DNA of 64,000 nucleotides from Opitutia bacterium (GTDB taxonomy: Bacteria; Verrucomicrobiota; Verrucomicrobiia; Opitutales; T3Sed10-336), in contig JBJHCF010000001.1 in assembly GCA_050506795.1 (NCBI GenBank), positions 192,001 to 256,000 of the forward strand. Reading direction: 5' to 3'. Below the pieces are notes generated by a model. It ran no database searches, had not been told where the DNA came from, and saw only the letters and a program-made list of their open reading frames with translations. Made by a program: the position numbers and the translations under genes. Positions 54,618-64,000 of this stretch are shown here, in pieces. Numbering within the stretch: position 1 is the stretch's first letter; every line of letters begins with the position of its first letter.

Positions 54618-56003
54618 TCAGCGATAATCCGCCGGATCGAGTTCGTGATTCTTGAGCAGGCGATACAGGGTTCCCCGGGGGAGTTGGGCGTCGCGGGCGG
54701 CCTGGGAGACATCGCCTGAGGTTCGGCTGAGGAGGCTGCTGAGGTATTCGCGCTCAAAAGCGGCGACCCGGCGTTCACGTTGGGCGAAGAAGCCGTTATC
54801 GCCCGCCGCCGGCAGGTGCCGGGCGGCGGCGACGACGTGATCCGGCAGATCGTCCGGGACGATGGTGTCGTGCCGCACCATGGCCAGGGTGCGCTTCAGC
54901 ACGTTTTGCAATTCACGGACATTTCCGGGCCAGGAGTAGGCGGAAAGCACTTCGATGGTCTCCGGACTCAGTTCGGTTTCCTGCCGCCCCATTTCAGATG
55001 CGTAGTTTTTCAGCAGGCGTTCGGCCAGAAGGGGAATGTCTCCTTCCCGTTCACGCAGCGGAGGGAGATCGATGCGAGCGACGTTGATCCGGTAATACAA
55101 GTCGAGGCGGAAGCGGCCGGCTTTGACTTCGGCATCGAGGTCCAGCGAGGTCGCCGCCACGATGCGCAAATCGATGTCGAGCTGTCGATTGCTCCCCAAC
55201 CGGCGTATGGTGCGTTCCTGCAAGGCGCGCAGAAGTTTCGCCTGAAGGGAGGAAGGCAGGTGGCCCACCTCGTCGAGGAAGAGGGTGCCCTGGTTGGCGT
55301 ATTCGAGCAATCCGAGATTCCGGTTCTGGGCGCCGGTGAAAGCACCCTTTTCATGACCGAAGAACTCGCTTTCCATCAGTTCTTTGGGAATCGCGCCACA
55401 ATCGACCGGAACAAATCTTCTGGCGGCCCGGCGGCTGCGCTGGTGGATGCCGCGGGCCACCAGTTCTTTGCCGGTGCCGGTTTCCCCCAGGACCAGCACG
55501 TCGACGTCGGTCTCCGACACCCTCCCAACAGTGTGAAAAATATTCTGCATGGCCTCGCTCTTACCCAACATTTCCCCAAAGGCGTAGGAGCGTTCGACCT
55601 GGCGACGCAGCAGTTGATTCTCATCCCGCAAACGCTGTTCCTCGATCAGCCGCTTCACGGTGGCGAGCAGGTCGTCGGTGTTAAAGGGTTTTACAATGTA
55701 GTCCGACGCGCCGAGCTTCATCGATTCGACGGCGGTTTCGACCGATGGATAGGCGGTGAGGATAAGCACCGGCAGGTTGGGGTCCTTTTCCCTGGCGATT
55801 CGCAGCAGCTCCATTCCGTCCACACCCGGCATCCGAATGTCGGTGAGAAGGAGATCGAATCCGTCGTCGGCCAAGCGTTTCGCCGCCGTTTTCGAGTCCG
55901 ATTCAACCTCGATCTCGACATCGGGAAGTACATTCAAAGTATCTTCGCAGACCTCAAGCATGCCGGGCTCGTCGTCGACGATAAAAATGCGGATGTTTCT
56001 CAT
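54618..56003 (-). CDS. NtrC-family sigma54-dependent response regulator (REC-AAA+-HTH)
   Basis: IVDDE, LLTDIRMP, GETGTGKE, GAFTGA, LFLDE, WPGNVREL, Fis-type HTH. Confidence 0.95.
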   Translation of the reverse strand: MRNIRIFIVDDEPGMLEVCEDTLNVLPDVEIEVESDSKTAAKRLADDGFDLLLTDIRMPGVDGMELLRIAREKDPNLPVLILTAYPSVETAVESMKLGASDYIVKPFNTDDLLATVKRLIEEQRLRDENQLLRRQVERSYAFGEMLGKSEAMQNIFHTVGRVSETDVDVLVLGETGTGKELVARGIHQRSRRAARRFVPVDCGAIPKELMESEFFGHEKGAFTGAQNRNLGLLEYANQGTLFLDEVGHLPSSLQAKLLRALQERTIRRLGSNRQLDIDLRIVAATSLDLDAEVKAGRFRLDLYYRINVARIDLPPLREREGDIPLLAERLLKNYASEMGRQETELSPETIEVLSAYSWPGNVRELQNVLKRTLAMVRHDTIVPDDLPDHVVAAARHLPAAGDNGFFAQRERRVAAFEREYLSSLLSRTSGDVSQAARDAQLPRGTLYRLLKNHELDPADYR

Positions 56004-56049
56004 GGCAGCCTGTGTTTGTTCCCTGGCCGGGTGTTTTGAAAGGATGGTA

Positions 56050-58056
56050 TCATTCCGAGGGCAGTCGTACCACAAAACGGGCCCCGCCTCCGGGAGCGTC
56101 CTCAATGACTATTTCACCCTGATGACTGCGGAGCAGACCCTGGCAAATGGAGAGTCCGAGTCCCGTGCCGTGGTTATCCTGTTTGGTGGTGAAAAACGGC
56201 TCGAAGACCCGTTCACGAATCTCGGGAGGAATCCCGCCTCCGGTATCGTCGACGGCGATGGCCAGAGTACTGTTAGAGGATTCTTTGCCCGGAAACGAAA
56301 CCAGCGAAATCGTCATACGGCCTCCTTTCTCCATTGCCTGGATCGCATTGATGAAAAGGTTGAGGAAAACCTGCTCCATTTCCGCGGCGTTGGCTTTGGC
56401 CGTTATTGGAGTGTCGGGAAGTTTGTCTTCGATGGTGATTTCCCGGTTTAGCGCGCGGTGTTCGATCATCGAGATCGACTTTCGAATCGGCGCGCGCAGA
56501 TCAACCGGACGGCGAACGGTCGGCGAAGGCATTGAATAGGAGAGCAGGCCCTGGGCTATGCGTGCGACCCGCTCGGTGTAATCCATTATTTTACCCAGAT
56601 CCTCGGCGATTTTATCGGACATCTCCCTCCGCTGGTTTTTCAGCAGCAGACTGGCCTTGGCATTGATTACAGCGATCGGGTTGTTGACTTCATGGGCGAT
56701 TTGTCCCGCGAGTTCACCGACGGCAGCCATCTGTCCGGCCCGCATCATCCGGTCGTGCGCCCGCTTTTGCGCGGTAATGTCGTGTGCGAGCTGCACCACG
56801 CCGCTAAGGGCGCCGCGAGAGTCGAGTACCGGGGCGCTGGCAAGGTGAAAATGCTGGCGGCGATTATCCGCTGCGGTGCGTTCGAATTCGAGCGAATCCA
56901 GCTCGCCTTTCAGCAAGCATTCACGTGCCGGACAGCCAATGTTGGGGAGGTCGGGAGAGATCTGGCATGCCTGGCCGATTTCGCCAAACCAGTCCTTCCA
57001 TCTTTGGTTAGCTGAAACCGGAACCAGCGAGGGGGTAAGAATTCTCATGCCGGTGCGCGTGCTTTCGAGCGCCTGTTCCAGCAACTGCCGATCAGCCAAG
57101 GCCCGATCAGCCAGGGCGATCACCCGTCGCTCGTTACGGCGAAGGCGTTCGGCGAGGGTGGTGACAAAAAAGGCGACAAGGAAAAGAATTGCCCAATGCA
57201 CACCGACCACCGGAAGCACGTAGGCGGGTTCATGCACCGGACTGCCACCCGAATCGTGAGAGAACGTCATGAATGGATGATGGGGGAGTATCTCCAACAG
57301 TTCACCGAACGCGACCGCGGCGAACAACAGACTTCCCGCGGCGGCCAAACGGTAGCACTCGGCCTTCGACAGCAGGATGCCGCCGATAATGACATGGAAG
57401 AGCATAAACACCGCCAGGGGGTTTTGCGTCCCGCCTGAAAAATGCAGCAGAACGGCGAGAATTACGAGGTCGGCATAGGCCTGCGATATCAAGAGGCTGC
57501 GGGGATGCACCGACCGGTGAACCATCAGGGAATAAAGGATGTTCGATGCCGCGAGCGCACCCACGGTGCCCACCAGCGGCCACCAGGTGCTCCACGGCAA
57601 CAGTTCGAAGACTTTAACGCCCAAAAAAACCAGGTTTCCCGCCACCAGCACCGCGATCCAGCGCATGGCAATGAACCATTGCACGTAAAGGCGAATACGC
57701 TGCTCGCGCACGCGTTCCGCCTGCAGGTCCTCCTCCACCGCGGTGGCGGTCAGCAAGGCCGGGGAGGAGCGAATCACAATCCAGCCGACCGTAACGCCGA
57801 CCAATAGCGCGGTAAGCACACCACGAATTCTGTGAAGGTTGTTCCGCGCTTCTTCGCTGATGTCGCTCAGCCAGATTCGTTCGACAATCTCGTAACCCCC
57901 GAACATGAGTACCACAACACCCAAGGCCCCCATCGCCGCCGGAAGAAACGGGTGCAGCGGAGAGACCCGTCGCGGAGAAGGATCGATCTTGCCGCCGGCG
58001 GCGTTCTCCTTTTCGCTTGGCGGTTCCGGCAGGTTCGATTGAAGATGGGAAGGCAT
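56050..58056 (-). CDS. Multi-TM sensor histidine kinase with RegB-like membrane domain and PAS-like linker
   Basis: [22 protein letters not shown]-box, [30 protein letters not shown]. Confidence 0.9.
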   Translation of the reverse strand: MPSHLQSNLPEPPSEKENAAGGKIDPSPRRVSPLHPFLPAAMGALGVVVLMFGGYEIVERIWLSDISEEARNNLHRIRGVLTALLVGVTVGWIVIRSSPALLTATAVEEDLQAERVREQRIRLYVQWFIAMRWIAVLVAGNLVFLGVKVFELLPWSTWWPLVGTVGALAASNILYSLMVHRSVHPRSLLISQAYADLVILAVLLHFSGGTQNPLAVFMLFHVIIGGILLSKAECYRLAAAGSLLFAAVAFGELLEILPHHPFMTFSHDSGGSPVHEPAYVLPVVGVHWAILFLVAFFVTTLAERLRRNERRVIALADRALADRQLLEQALESTRTGMRILTPSLVPVSANQRWKDWFGEIGQACQISPDLPNIGCPARECLLKGELDSLEFERTAADNRRQHFHLASAPVLDSRGALSGVVQLAHDITAQKRAHDRMMRAGQMAAVGELAGQIAHEVNNPIAVINAKASLLLKNQRREMSDKIAEDLGKIMDYTERVARIAQGLLSYSMPSPTVRRPVDLRAPIRKSISMIEHRALNREITIEDKLPDTPITAKANAAEMEQVFLNLFINAIQAMEKGGRMTISLVSFPGKESSNSTLAIAVDDTGGGIPPEIRERVFEPFFTTKQDNHGTGLGLSICQGLLRSHQGEIVIEDAPGGGARFVVRLPSE

Positions 58057-58222
58057 TCCAGGTGTCCTGTACAATAATTCGGGTGGGAGCCAAACATCAA
58101 GCCCGCGAATCCCTGATTCGGGTTCGTGTCGCCCGTCGCGCCCATACGGGTGTTTTGTGCGGTGGCAACTATTGCCGCGACAAGCGGACATTTCTATTCT
58201 ATGTTTTTCTTTTCAAGTCTCA

Positions 58223-59338
58223 ATGGAAACGACAGATCATATCATTGAAGCAACCGGCATCAGCACCGGGGATTCGTTCGACCACATCGACAACACCCGG
58301 ATCAAAGCCCTGCGGCCCCTGGTGCCGCCCGCCATTCTGATCGAGGAATTGCCGTTAACGGCTCAGGATGCGGAGTTTGTGCGACGTAACCGCGAGGAAA
58401 TCGCCCGGATCATGGGGGGGCATGACGATCGCCTGGTGGTGGTGGTGGGCCCCTGTTCGATCCACGACCCGGCGGCTGCGCTGGAGTATGCCCGCGAGAT
58501 GCGGAGGCTGACCGAGCCGCTCTCCGGGGAACTGCTGGTGGTGATGCGGGTGTACTTTGAAAAACCGCGCACCGTGGTGGGCTGGAAGGGGTTGATCAAC
58601 GACCCCTACCTTGACGGCAGTTTTCAGATCAACGCCGGCCTGAGGATGGCCCGTAAACTGTTGTTGGACGTGATCGAAACCGGTTTACCCACCGGGACCG
58701 AATTCCTCGACACCATCATTCCGCAGTTCGTGGCCGACCTGGTGACCTGGGCGGCTATCGGAGCCCGCACCACCGAAAGCCAGGTGCACCGCGAGCTTGC
58801 CTCCGGCCTTTCCATGCCGGTGGGATTCAAAAACGGGACTGGCGGAAACGTCCAGATGGGCGTCGACGCCATTCGTTCGGCGCAGTGTTCGCACTGGTTT
58901 CCTTCCGTCACCAAACAAGGTGTGACCGCAATTTTCTGCACGACCGGCAACGACACCGGGCACCTGATCCTGCGCGGCGGCGCGCGGACGGGACCCAATT
59001 ACGACGCAGGCAGTGTGGCTGAGGCGGTAGACGCGTTGACGAAAGTCGGATTGCCTCCCCACCTGATGGTCGATTGCAGTCACGCCAACAGTGGCAAGGA
59101 TTACCGGCGCCAGCCTGAGGTTGCTGCCAATATCGCGGAGCAGATCGCGGGCGGTGGCCGGGCGATTCAGGGGGTGATGCTGGAGAGTTTTTTGCGTGAA
59201 GGACGCCAGGACTACGTGAAAGGCAGGGAATCGGTTTACGGCCAAAGCATCACCGACGCCTGCATGTCGCTGGAAACGACCGCAGAAGTCCTTGCCGGTC
59301 TGGCGGCCGCGGTGACAAAGCGTCGCCGCGGTGCATAA
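58223..59338 (+). CDS. aroG: 3-deoxy-D-arabino-heptulosonate 7-phosphate synthase, class I alpha
   Basis: VGPCSIHD, MRVYFEKPRT, IGARTTESQVHRE, GFKNGT, VDCSHANS, YGQSITDAC; feedback isotype (aroF/G/H) cannot be determined. Confidence 0.93.
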   Translation: METTDHIIEATGISTGDSFDHIDNTRIKALRPLVPPAILIEELPLTAQDAEFVRRNREEIARIMGGHDDRLVVVVGPCSIHDPAAALEYAREMRRLTEPLSGELLVVMRVYFEKPRTVVGWKGLINDPYLDGSFQINAGLRMARKLLLDVIETGLPTGTEFLDTIIPQFVADLVTWAAIGARTTESQVHRELASGLSMPVGFKNGTGGNVQMGVDAIRSAQCSHWFPSVTKQGVTAIFCTTGNDTGHLILRGGARTGPNYDAGSVAEAVDALTKVGLPPHLMVDCSHANSGKDYRRQPEVAANIAEQIAGGGRAIQGVMLESFLREGRQDYVKGRESVYGQSITDACMSLETTAEVLAGLAAAVTKRRRGA

Positions 59339-59356
59339 TCATGACTGCCCTCCGGT

Positions 59357-60241
59357 CTACTCGTTTTCCTCGTCGTCGATTTTCTGATACACCCTTACCC
59401 AGTCGACCTTGAATCGGGCCGGGAACTCGGTCTCGGACGGATCCCCCCCGTTGCTGCCAATGGCCAGGTTGAGCAGCATGTAATGCGGCTGGTGGAAAGG
59501 GTTGGATCCGTCGGCATTCAGGGTTCCCGAAAGATCGGTTTCATTGAGCAGGCGGTCGTTTACGTATAGCCGAATGTAATCCTCGGTCCAATCCATGCGC
59601 CAGACATGGAAATCGTCCGCCCAGTCTTCGCCGCCCAGTTCGGAAAGCGGAGTGGCCACGGCATCCCAGGCTGCGGTCCAGCGGCGGTCGGTGCCCCACG
59701 CCACGTTGGCGTAGAGGTTGCCGCTGTAATATTCCATGATGTCGATTTCTCCGTTGGAGGGCCATTCCCGTTCGACCCCGAGGGTCCACCAGGCCGGCCA
59801 CATACCCTGGCGCACGTCGATGCGCCCGCGCATCTCGAAACGGCCATACTGCCAACTCTGCTGCCCCATGGTCCGGATGCTGGATGAAGTGTACTCGGCG
59901 TACTCGCGCGAACTGCGCCAATCGCCGCTGTCCGGGTTATACCGGGGATTGGGCACCCGTTCGCGGCGCCCTTCGATGATCAGCAGACCATCCTCGCACC
60001 AGACATTTTGGGGTTGGTAGAACTGCAACTCCTGGTTGCGGACAAAACCGTGCTCGTAATTCCAGTTCTCCGGATTGGGCGGGCCGTCCACGTCGAACTC
60101 ATCGGCCCAGACCAGCTTGTAACCCGGATGGGCATTCTCCGGATCCTCCGCGGACGCCGCGCCGGCCATGAAAACAGCCGCTCCGGCGACCAGGGAGAAA
60201 AGAGCTCGATCGGCAGAGAAGAAGATAAGGGCTTTCGTCAT
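59357..60241 (-). CDS. Secreted glycoside hydrolase family 16 (laminarinase-like)
   Basis: LVWADEF, YGRFE, WPAWW, catalytic GEIDIME, LLNLAIG. Confidence 0.92.
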   Translation of the reverse strand: MTKALIFFSADRALFSLVAGAAVFMAGAASAEDPENAHPGYKLVWADEFDVDGPPNPENWNYEHGFVRNQELQFYQPQNVWCEDGLLIIEGRRERVPNPRYNPDSGDWRSSREYAEYTSSSIRTMGQQSWQYGRFEMRGRIDVRQGMWPAWWTLGVEREWPSNGEIDIMEYYSGNLYANVAWGTDRRWTAAWDAVATPLSELGGEDWADDFHVWRMDWTEDYIRLYVNDRLLNETDLSGTLNADGSNPFHQPHYMLLNLAIGSNGGDPSETEFPARFKVDWVRVYQKIDDEENE

Positions 60242-60546
60242 CGGAATGGAATCAGTTGAAGGTGGAATTCGGTACTTTAGGACGCGTTGCTAAGTGCGTA
60301 CCGTAGCAGGATCTCCGGACACAGATCGTCGAGAAAGGTACACCGCGGTTCGTTTGCCTGACAAACCAAATCGACCGTCCGCCTAAGCCATCCCGGCCAT
60401 CGCGTTTTTTGCCAGGGCCGTGCGTTTCACCGACGCCTATTGCACTGCTTCGACCTGCACTCCAGGCCCGCCGATCGAATTCGGCGACCACTTTGTCTTG
60501 CGAAGGCTTGAGAAGCGTATTGGAGCATCTTATTCGGCGCCAATTT

Positions 60547-61770
60547 CTAGTCGCAGATGTTACCCTCAGCCACAGATCCCTCGGCGTTGGAGATAAGGCA
60601 GTCGACGTTTCCGCGCAAATCGTTGTTAAGGAATCGATTGCTGTGGCTGCGGTCTCCGCGCTCATAAATCGCCGCCCCATCCGATCCTTTGATGCGCACA
60701 TTCTGAATCAGGATGTTGTTGGCAGGTTCGAATTCTTCCTGCCATCGGGAGGAAATGAATATGCCGGCGCCGTTCGAGTCGACAATGGAGCCGCCGTTGA
60801 GCACGAAATCCGGTGTGTTTTCAATCCATATCCCCATGCCTGTGGAGCGGCGGATGTCAACTTCCTCAAATGCGACATCTTTGGTGTGGGATAGGGTGAA
60901 TATCCCGCGACCGCATTCAACGGCAATGAGTTTTCCCACTCGCACATTGGGACCGCAACCATTGGCGGCGCGCAAACCGGCATAACCTCCTCCATGGCAG
61001 GCCCGGTAGGCATCCACGAGGTCAAAGCTGGCGTTGCGCGTCTGATTGAGCTGGAGTCCGCTCCCTCCGGTGTTGCGAGTGGTGATGGTTGTCGCTTTCA
61101 CTCCGTCCGTCCGCCAAAGCTCGACGCCGTGGTGGTTGCTGTCGGCGACAAAGATGTTTTCGAGCGTTAGATTCTTGTTCCAGTCTCCGCTCCAGGGCTC
61201 CTCGCCCCCCTCCGTTCGAATTCCCGAGTGTCCACGTTCCTCCGAATAGATGGGAGCCATCGAAATATGGATGTTCGAAAGAATCGCGTCCTCGAAACCT
61301 TTCAGGAAGATGCCGTATTCCGCGTTGCCGGTAATTCGAAGATTCCGCACTTCGATCTGTTTGGCATCCTGGGCGCGCACCGCGCTCACCTTGGCGTCTC
61401 CCCTCTGTCGCACATGGATCGTGTTGTCCCCGAAGTCGAGAACCGTATAGGACGGCAAATTGATTTTCACGATTCCCTCCGCGGAATCCTCGTCGGTCGC
61501 GATGACTCCGGAATCCCGAATCAGAACGGTTTCCTTTGAAACCCGGTCCGGGGTCAGTCCATCGATCGCCGCCTGAATGGCTGTCCGCATATCCAGACCG
61601 GAATGCACGGTTTCGTCTCCTACGAGAGCTTGCCACTCATCACCGGCCCTAAAGACCTCCGCGGCAAAAGCCGGAGACTCGCCGGCGTTGGTTTCAGTGT
61701 CGGCGCCAAAGCCGGAAATGCTCAGCGCAAGCACGAGAGAAGCTGTACATGCAAGGACGGATTGTTTCAT
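60547..61770 (-). CDS. Secreted right-handed parallel beta-helix protein (pectin lyase-like fold)
   Basis: Signal peptide, AIQAAID, repeated xxGIxxx beta-helix units. Confidence 0.75.
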   Translation of the reverse strand: MKQSVLACTASLVLALSISGFGADTETNAGESPAFAAEVFRAGDEWQALVGDETVHSGLDMRTAIQAAIDGLTPDRVSKETVLIRDSGVIATDEDSAEGIVKINLPSYTVLDFGDNTIHVRQRGDAKVSAVRAQDAKQIEVRNLRITGNAEYGIFLKGFEDAILSNIHISMAPIYSEERGHSGIRTEGGEEPWSGDWNKNLTLENIFVADSNHHGVELWRTDGVKATTITTRNTGGSGLQLNQTRNASFDLVDAYRACHGGGYAGLRAANGCGPNVRVGKLIAVECGRGIFTLSHTKDVAFEEVDIRRSTGMGIWIENTPDFVLNGGSIVDSNGAGIFISSRWQEEFEPANNILIQNVRIKGSDGAAIYERGDRSHSNRFLNNDLRGNVDCLISNAEGSVAEGNICD

Positions 61771-61805
61771 AAGATTAGTTCCTGTGTGTTGTTTGTTAAA
61801 AGCGA

Positions 61806-64000
61806 TTAGAAGGTTTCCGCTCCAATTATCACCCGGAAAAACCTCTTCGGCTCTCCCGAATCAGAGATCTCGAACACCGCCTCCTTCTTCGTCTCGGGCG
61901 CCAAAAATGCGTCGGGCACGTCGCTCCAGTCCGGGTCCGACAGTTCATAAGTCTTTTGCAGTTGGTAGGTATGGCCCGGGTAGGCATGAAATCGGATACG
62001 GACGGTAGCGTCGGAGGCTTTTTCCATGCTCGTCCTCACATCGCCGGCTCGCAAAATACGTCCGTTGTTCTGAAATCCGTCCGGCGGTGTCCATGTGCTT
62101 CTGATCAGGTCAAGGACTCCGTTGTTAACGAAGGGGCCGTCCACATCCAGTTCCGGCGAGCCGTGAATTCGGAGCACCCCGTCATTGGTCAACGATTCTC
62201 CCGCGGCGATGCTCCCGCTTTCGGTCAGCACCAACTCGGCCCCTTCGTCGATGCTCAATTCACGCCCGATCTCCACCGCTCCGGACACCACCAGACGGCC
62301 CTGCTCCACGATCATGGAGCCGTTCCACGCGTTCTCTCCACTCAGTATCCAGGTGCCCGTTCCAGTCTTGATGATCGACATGTTGGTGAAGCTCGACTCC
62401 TCCGTTTCCCGGATATCCCCGGCGAAAACCGCATCGGTATCGAGTCCACCCACGCGGTAGGTGAGCGGCCGGCCGCCGGAGCCGGTCGGGCCGCCCAGCA
62501 ATCGGGATCCCTGCTCTCCGGACAACGCTCCGATCGGCACTGTCGTGCCTCCAGGATTGAGCGTGCCGGTGTAGTAAAGTGACACGCCGGCGGCGAGATC
62601 GACCGCGGTGTCGGGGAATCCCGGAAAGTCATAGTTTCTCGCCATCCGCAAGTGCCCCGATCCTTCCTCTATGGGAAACAATTCAAGCCGACCCTCGAAG
62701 GCGGACCAATCGGCGTGGAGGTCGGTGCGTATCCACGGCACCCGCATGCGTAGCGTGCCGCCGCCGGAGAGCGTGCCGTGAATGGCGCAGCGCGCATCGG
62801 CGTGAAGGACGCCTGTCTCGCCGTCAGGGACTACCAGATGGTAGGTCTGGCTGTTGTGGACCTGGTGACGATCCCACATGGCCAGGGTCCCGCCGCGGAG
62901 TGTGATCTGACCGCTGCCAAAAGAGACGAAGTCCGCCGTGCCCCACGCCTGGGCAAGAGTGCCGCCGGCGACAATGGTTCCGCCGGAATAACTGTTCTCC
63001 CGGTGCATGGTCAGCGTGCCGGGACCGGTCTTGACCAACGTGGCGGCACCGCCGATCTCGCCGGGTCCCTCAAACGCGTAATTCTGCGAAGCATCGACCA
63101 AGACTTCTTCCGGACGAAGCGTCCCTTGAAGCATCACATTCGACACATAACTGCTGTCGTCGAACCGCACTTGCACCCCCTCCGGCCAAAACCAGGCCGG
63201 ACCTTCATCGGTGGCCCAGTTGGGCGTGCTTTGGTCCCAGTGGGCGTTACTCGCTCCCGTCCACGTCAAGGTGCTCCCTTCTGTCCACGGCAGGAGATCC
63301 GCTAGCCACAATCCCGCAAATCTCGAATGCCGAGTCACGCCCAGGTCCGGATTTACGACTTTACAGTAGTAGAATCCCTGGTGACTTGACTGAACACTGC
63401 TTATCGAGAGTGTGGGCCCGGTTCCCACCAGCGTGTCGGAATCCCGGACCGTAAGATCGTTCGAAAAATACCATTCGAGACCGAGGCCTTCCGGATCTAC
63501 GGTGGAAACTTGAAAAACCGCCTCCTCGCCCTGAACGACCACCTGACTGGAGGGATGCGTCACGAACTCATGTGGCGGAGGCTCCTCTTTGATTTCAATG
63601 AAGCTTCCCTCCCCGCCAACCGAATACGGCGCCCCATTGTCCCAGAGATAGCCGCTGAGAACCCGCGTGTCGGGGGTGTCCTCAATCCAGATCCCGAGGC
63701 CTGAACATCCGAATATCTCAACGAAATCCACAGTGGTTCCCTGGCTCCCCGACAAGCTGAAAAAGCCCCTGCCGCACTCTCTGGCAAAAAGCTTTTCCAC
63801 ATGAATATTCGGACCGCTTCCGTTCGCCACTCTCAGTCCGGCGTACCCGCCTCCATAGGCGGCTCTGTAGGCGTCGATTGTTCCGATTCGCGCATTTCGC
63901 ACGCCATTGAGTTGCAGACCGGAACCAGCACTGTATCGCGTCGTAATCCGCTCGATCTCAACGCCATCGATGCCGGATATTTCGACGGCGTGATGCCTGG
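61806..64000 (-). CDS. Large modular secreted protein (5' end beyond window): beta-helix + Ig-like + autotransporter-associated beta-strand repeats + C-terminal sorting-like domain
   Basis: Frame is open to the window edge; Ig motif HQGFYYCKV; LVKTGPGTLTM..NSYSGGT and IIKTGTGTWILSG repeats; ends KRFFRV. Confidence 0.8.
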   Translation of the reverse strand, partial: RHHAVEISGIDGVEIERITTRYSAGSGLQLNGVRNARIGTIDAYRAAYGGGYAGLRVANGSGPNIHVEKLFARECGRGFFSLSGSQGTTVDFVEIFGCSGLGIWIEDTPDTRVLSGYLWDNGAPYSVGGEGSFIEIKEEPPPHEFVTHPSSQVVVQGEEAVFQVSTVDPEGLGLEWYFSNDLTVRDSDTLVGTGPTLSISSVQSSHQGFYYCKVVNPDLGVTRHSRFAGLWLADLLPWTEGSTLTWTGASNAHWDQSTPNWATDEGPAWFWPEGVQVRFDDSSYVSNVMLQGTLRPEEVLVDASQNYAFEGPGEIGGAATLVKTGPGTLTMHRENSYSGGTIVAGGTLAQAWGTADFVSFGSGQITLRGGTLAMWDRHQVHNSQTYHLVVPDGETGVLHADARCAIHGTLSGGGTLRMRVPWIRTDLHADWSAFEGRLELFPIEEGSGHLRMARNYDFPGFPDTAVDLAAGVSLYYTGTLNPGGTTVPIGALSGEQGSRLLGGPTGSGGRPLTYRVGGLDTDAVFAGDIRETEESSFTNMSIIKTGTGTWILSGENAWNGSMIVEQGRLVVSGAVEIGRELSIDEGAELVLTESGSIAAGESLTNDGVLRIHGSPELDVDGPFVNNGVLDLIRSTWTPPDGFQNNGRILRAGDVRTSMEKASDATVRIRFHAYPGHTYQLQKTYELSDPDWSDVPDAFLAPETKKEAVFEISDSGEPKRFFRVIIGAETF

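Noticed and set aside
1..64000. tRNA, rRNA or intact IS elements
   Set aside because: None were recognised by eye; a tRNAscan/Infernal/ISEScan run would be needed to exclude them.

Overview
This is a GC-rich bacterial chromosome segment. It is most likely Verrucomicrobiota/Opitutia, inferred from the L33 sequence style, prepilin-type genes and a C-terminal 'KRFFRV' sorting-like tail. It has four parts. (1) 1-19.5 kb holds housekeeping and catabolic genes: SAM methyltransferase, GH30, YceH, FAD/Fe-S oxidoreductase, pilin, a phosphate-selective porin with PHO-box-like repeats, Ugd, a CrtO-like oxidoreductase, a baeRF/Balon-like factor, an aldo/keto reductase, MauE/DoxX and a rhodanese. (2) 19.7-36.7 kb is a type I-G (I-U) CRISPR-Cas locus with a 9-repeat array, cas2, cas4-cas1, cas8g2/csb3, cas3, csb2 and csb1. 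At least five toxin-antitoxin-like cassettes are interleaved. cas3, csb2, the Cas4 domain and a Fic toxin appear to carry deletions, and two cas3 5' stubs remain, one fused to a csb2 3' end. An orphan degenerate CRISPR repeat is present. An intact HEAT-repeat/Zn-ribbon/PD-(D/E)XK-like nuclease gene, bracketed by 26-bp inverted repeats, sits between csb2 and cas3. (3) 36.8-58.1 kb holds rpmG, then a minus-strand block: RegB-like sensor kinase, sigma54 activator, a sigma54 promoter with three TGTCAC-N6-GTGACA boxes, an outer-membrane barrel, two YceI proteins, a 2-oxoacid:ferredoxin oxidoreductase, and a NuoEFG-less complex I with four antiporter-like subunits. (4) 58.2-64 kb holds DAHP synthase, GH16 and two paralogous beta-helix proteins. 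All family calls come from motif recognition by eye; no database searches were run.
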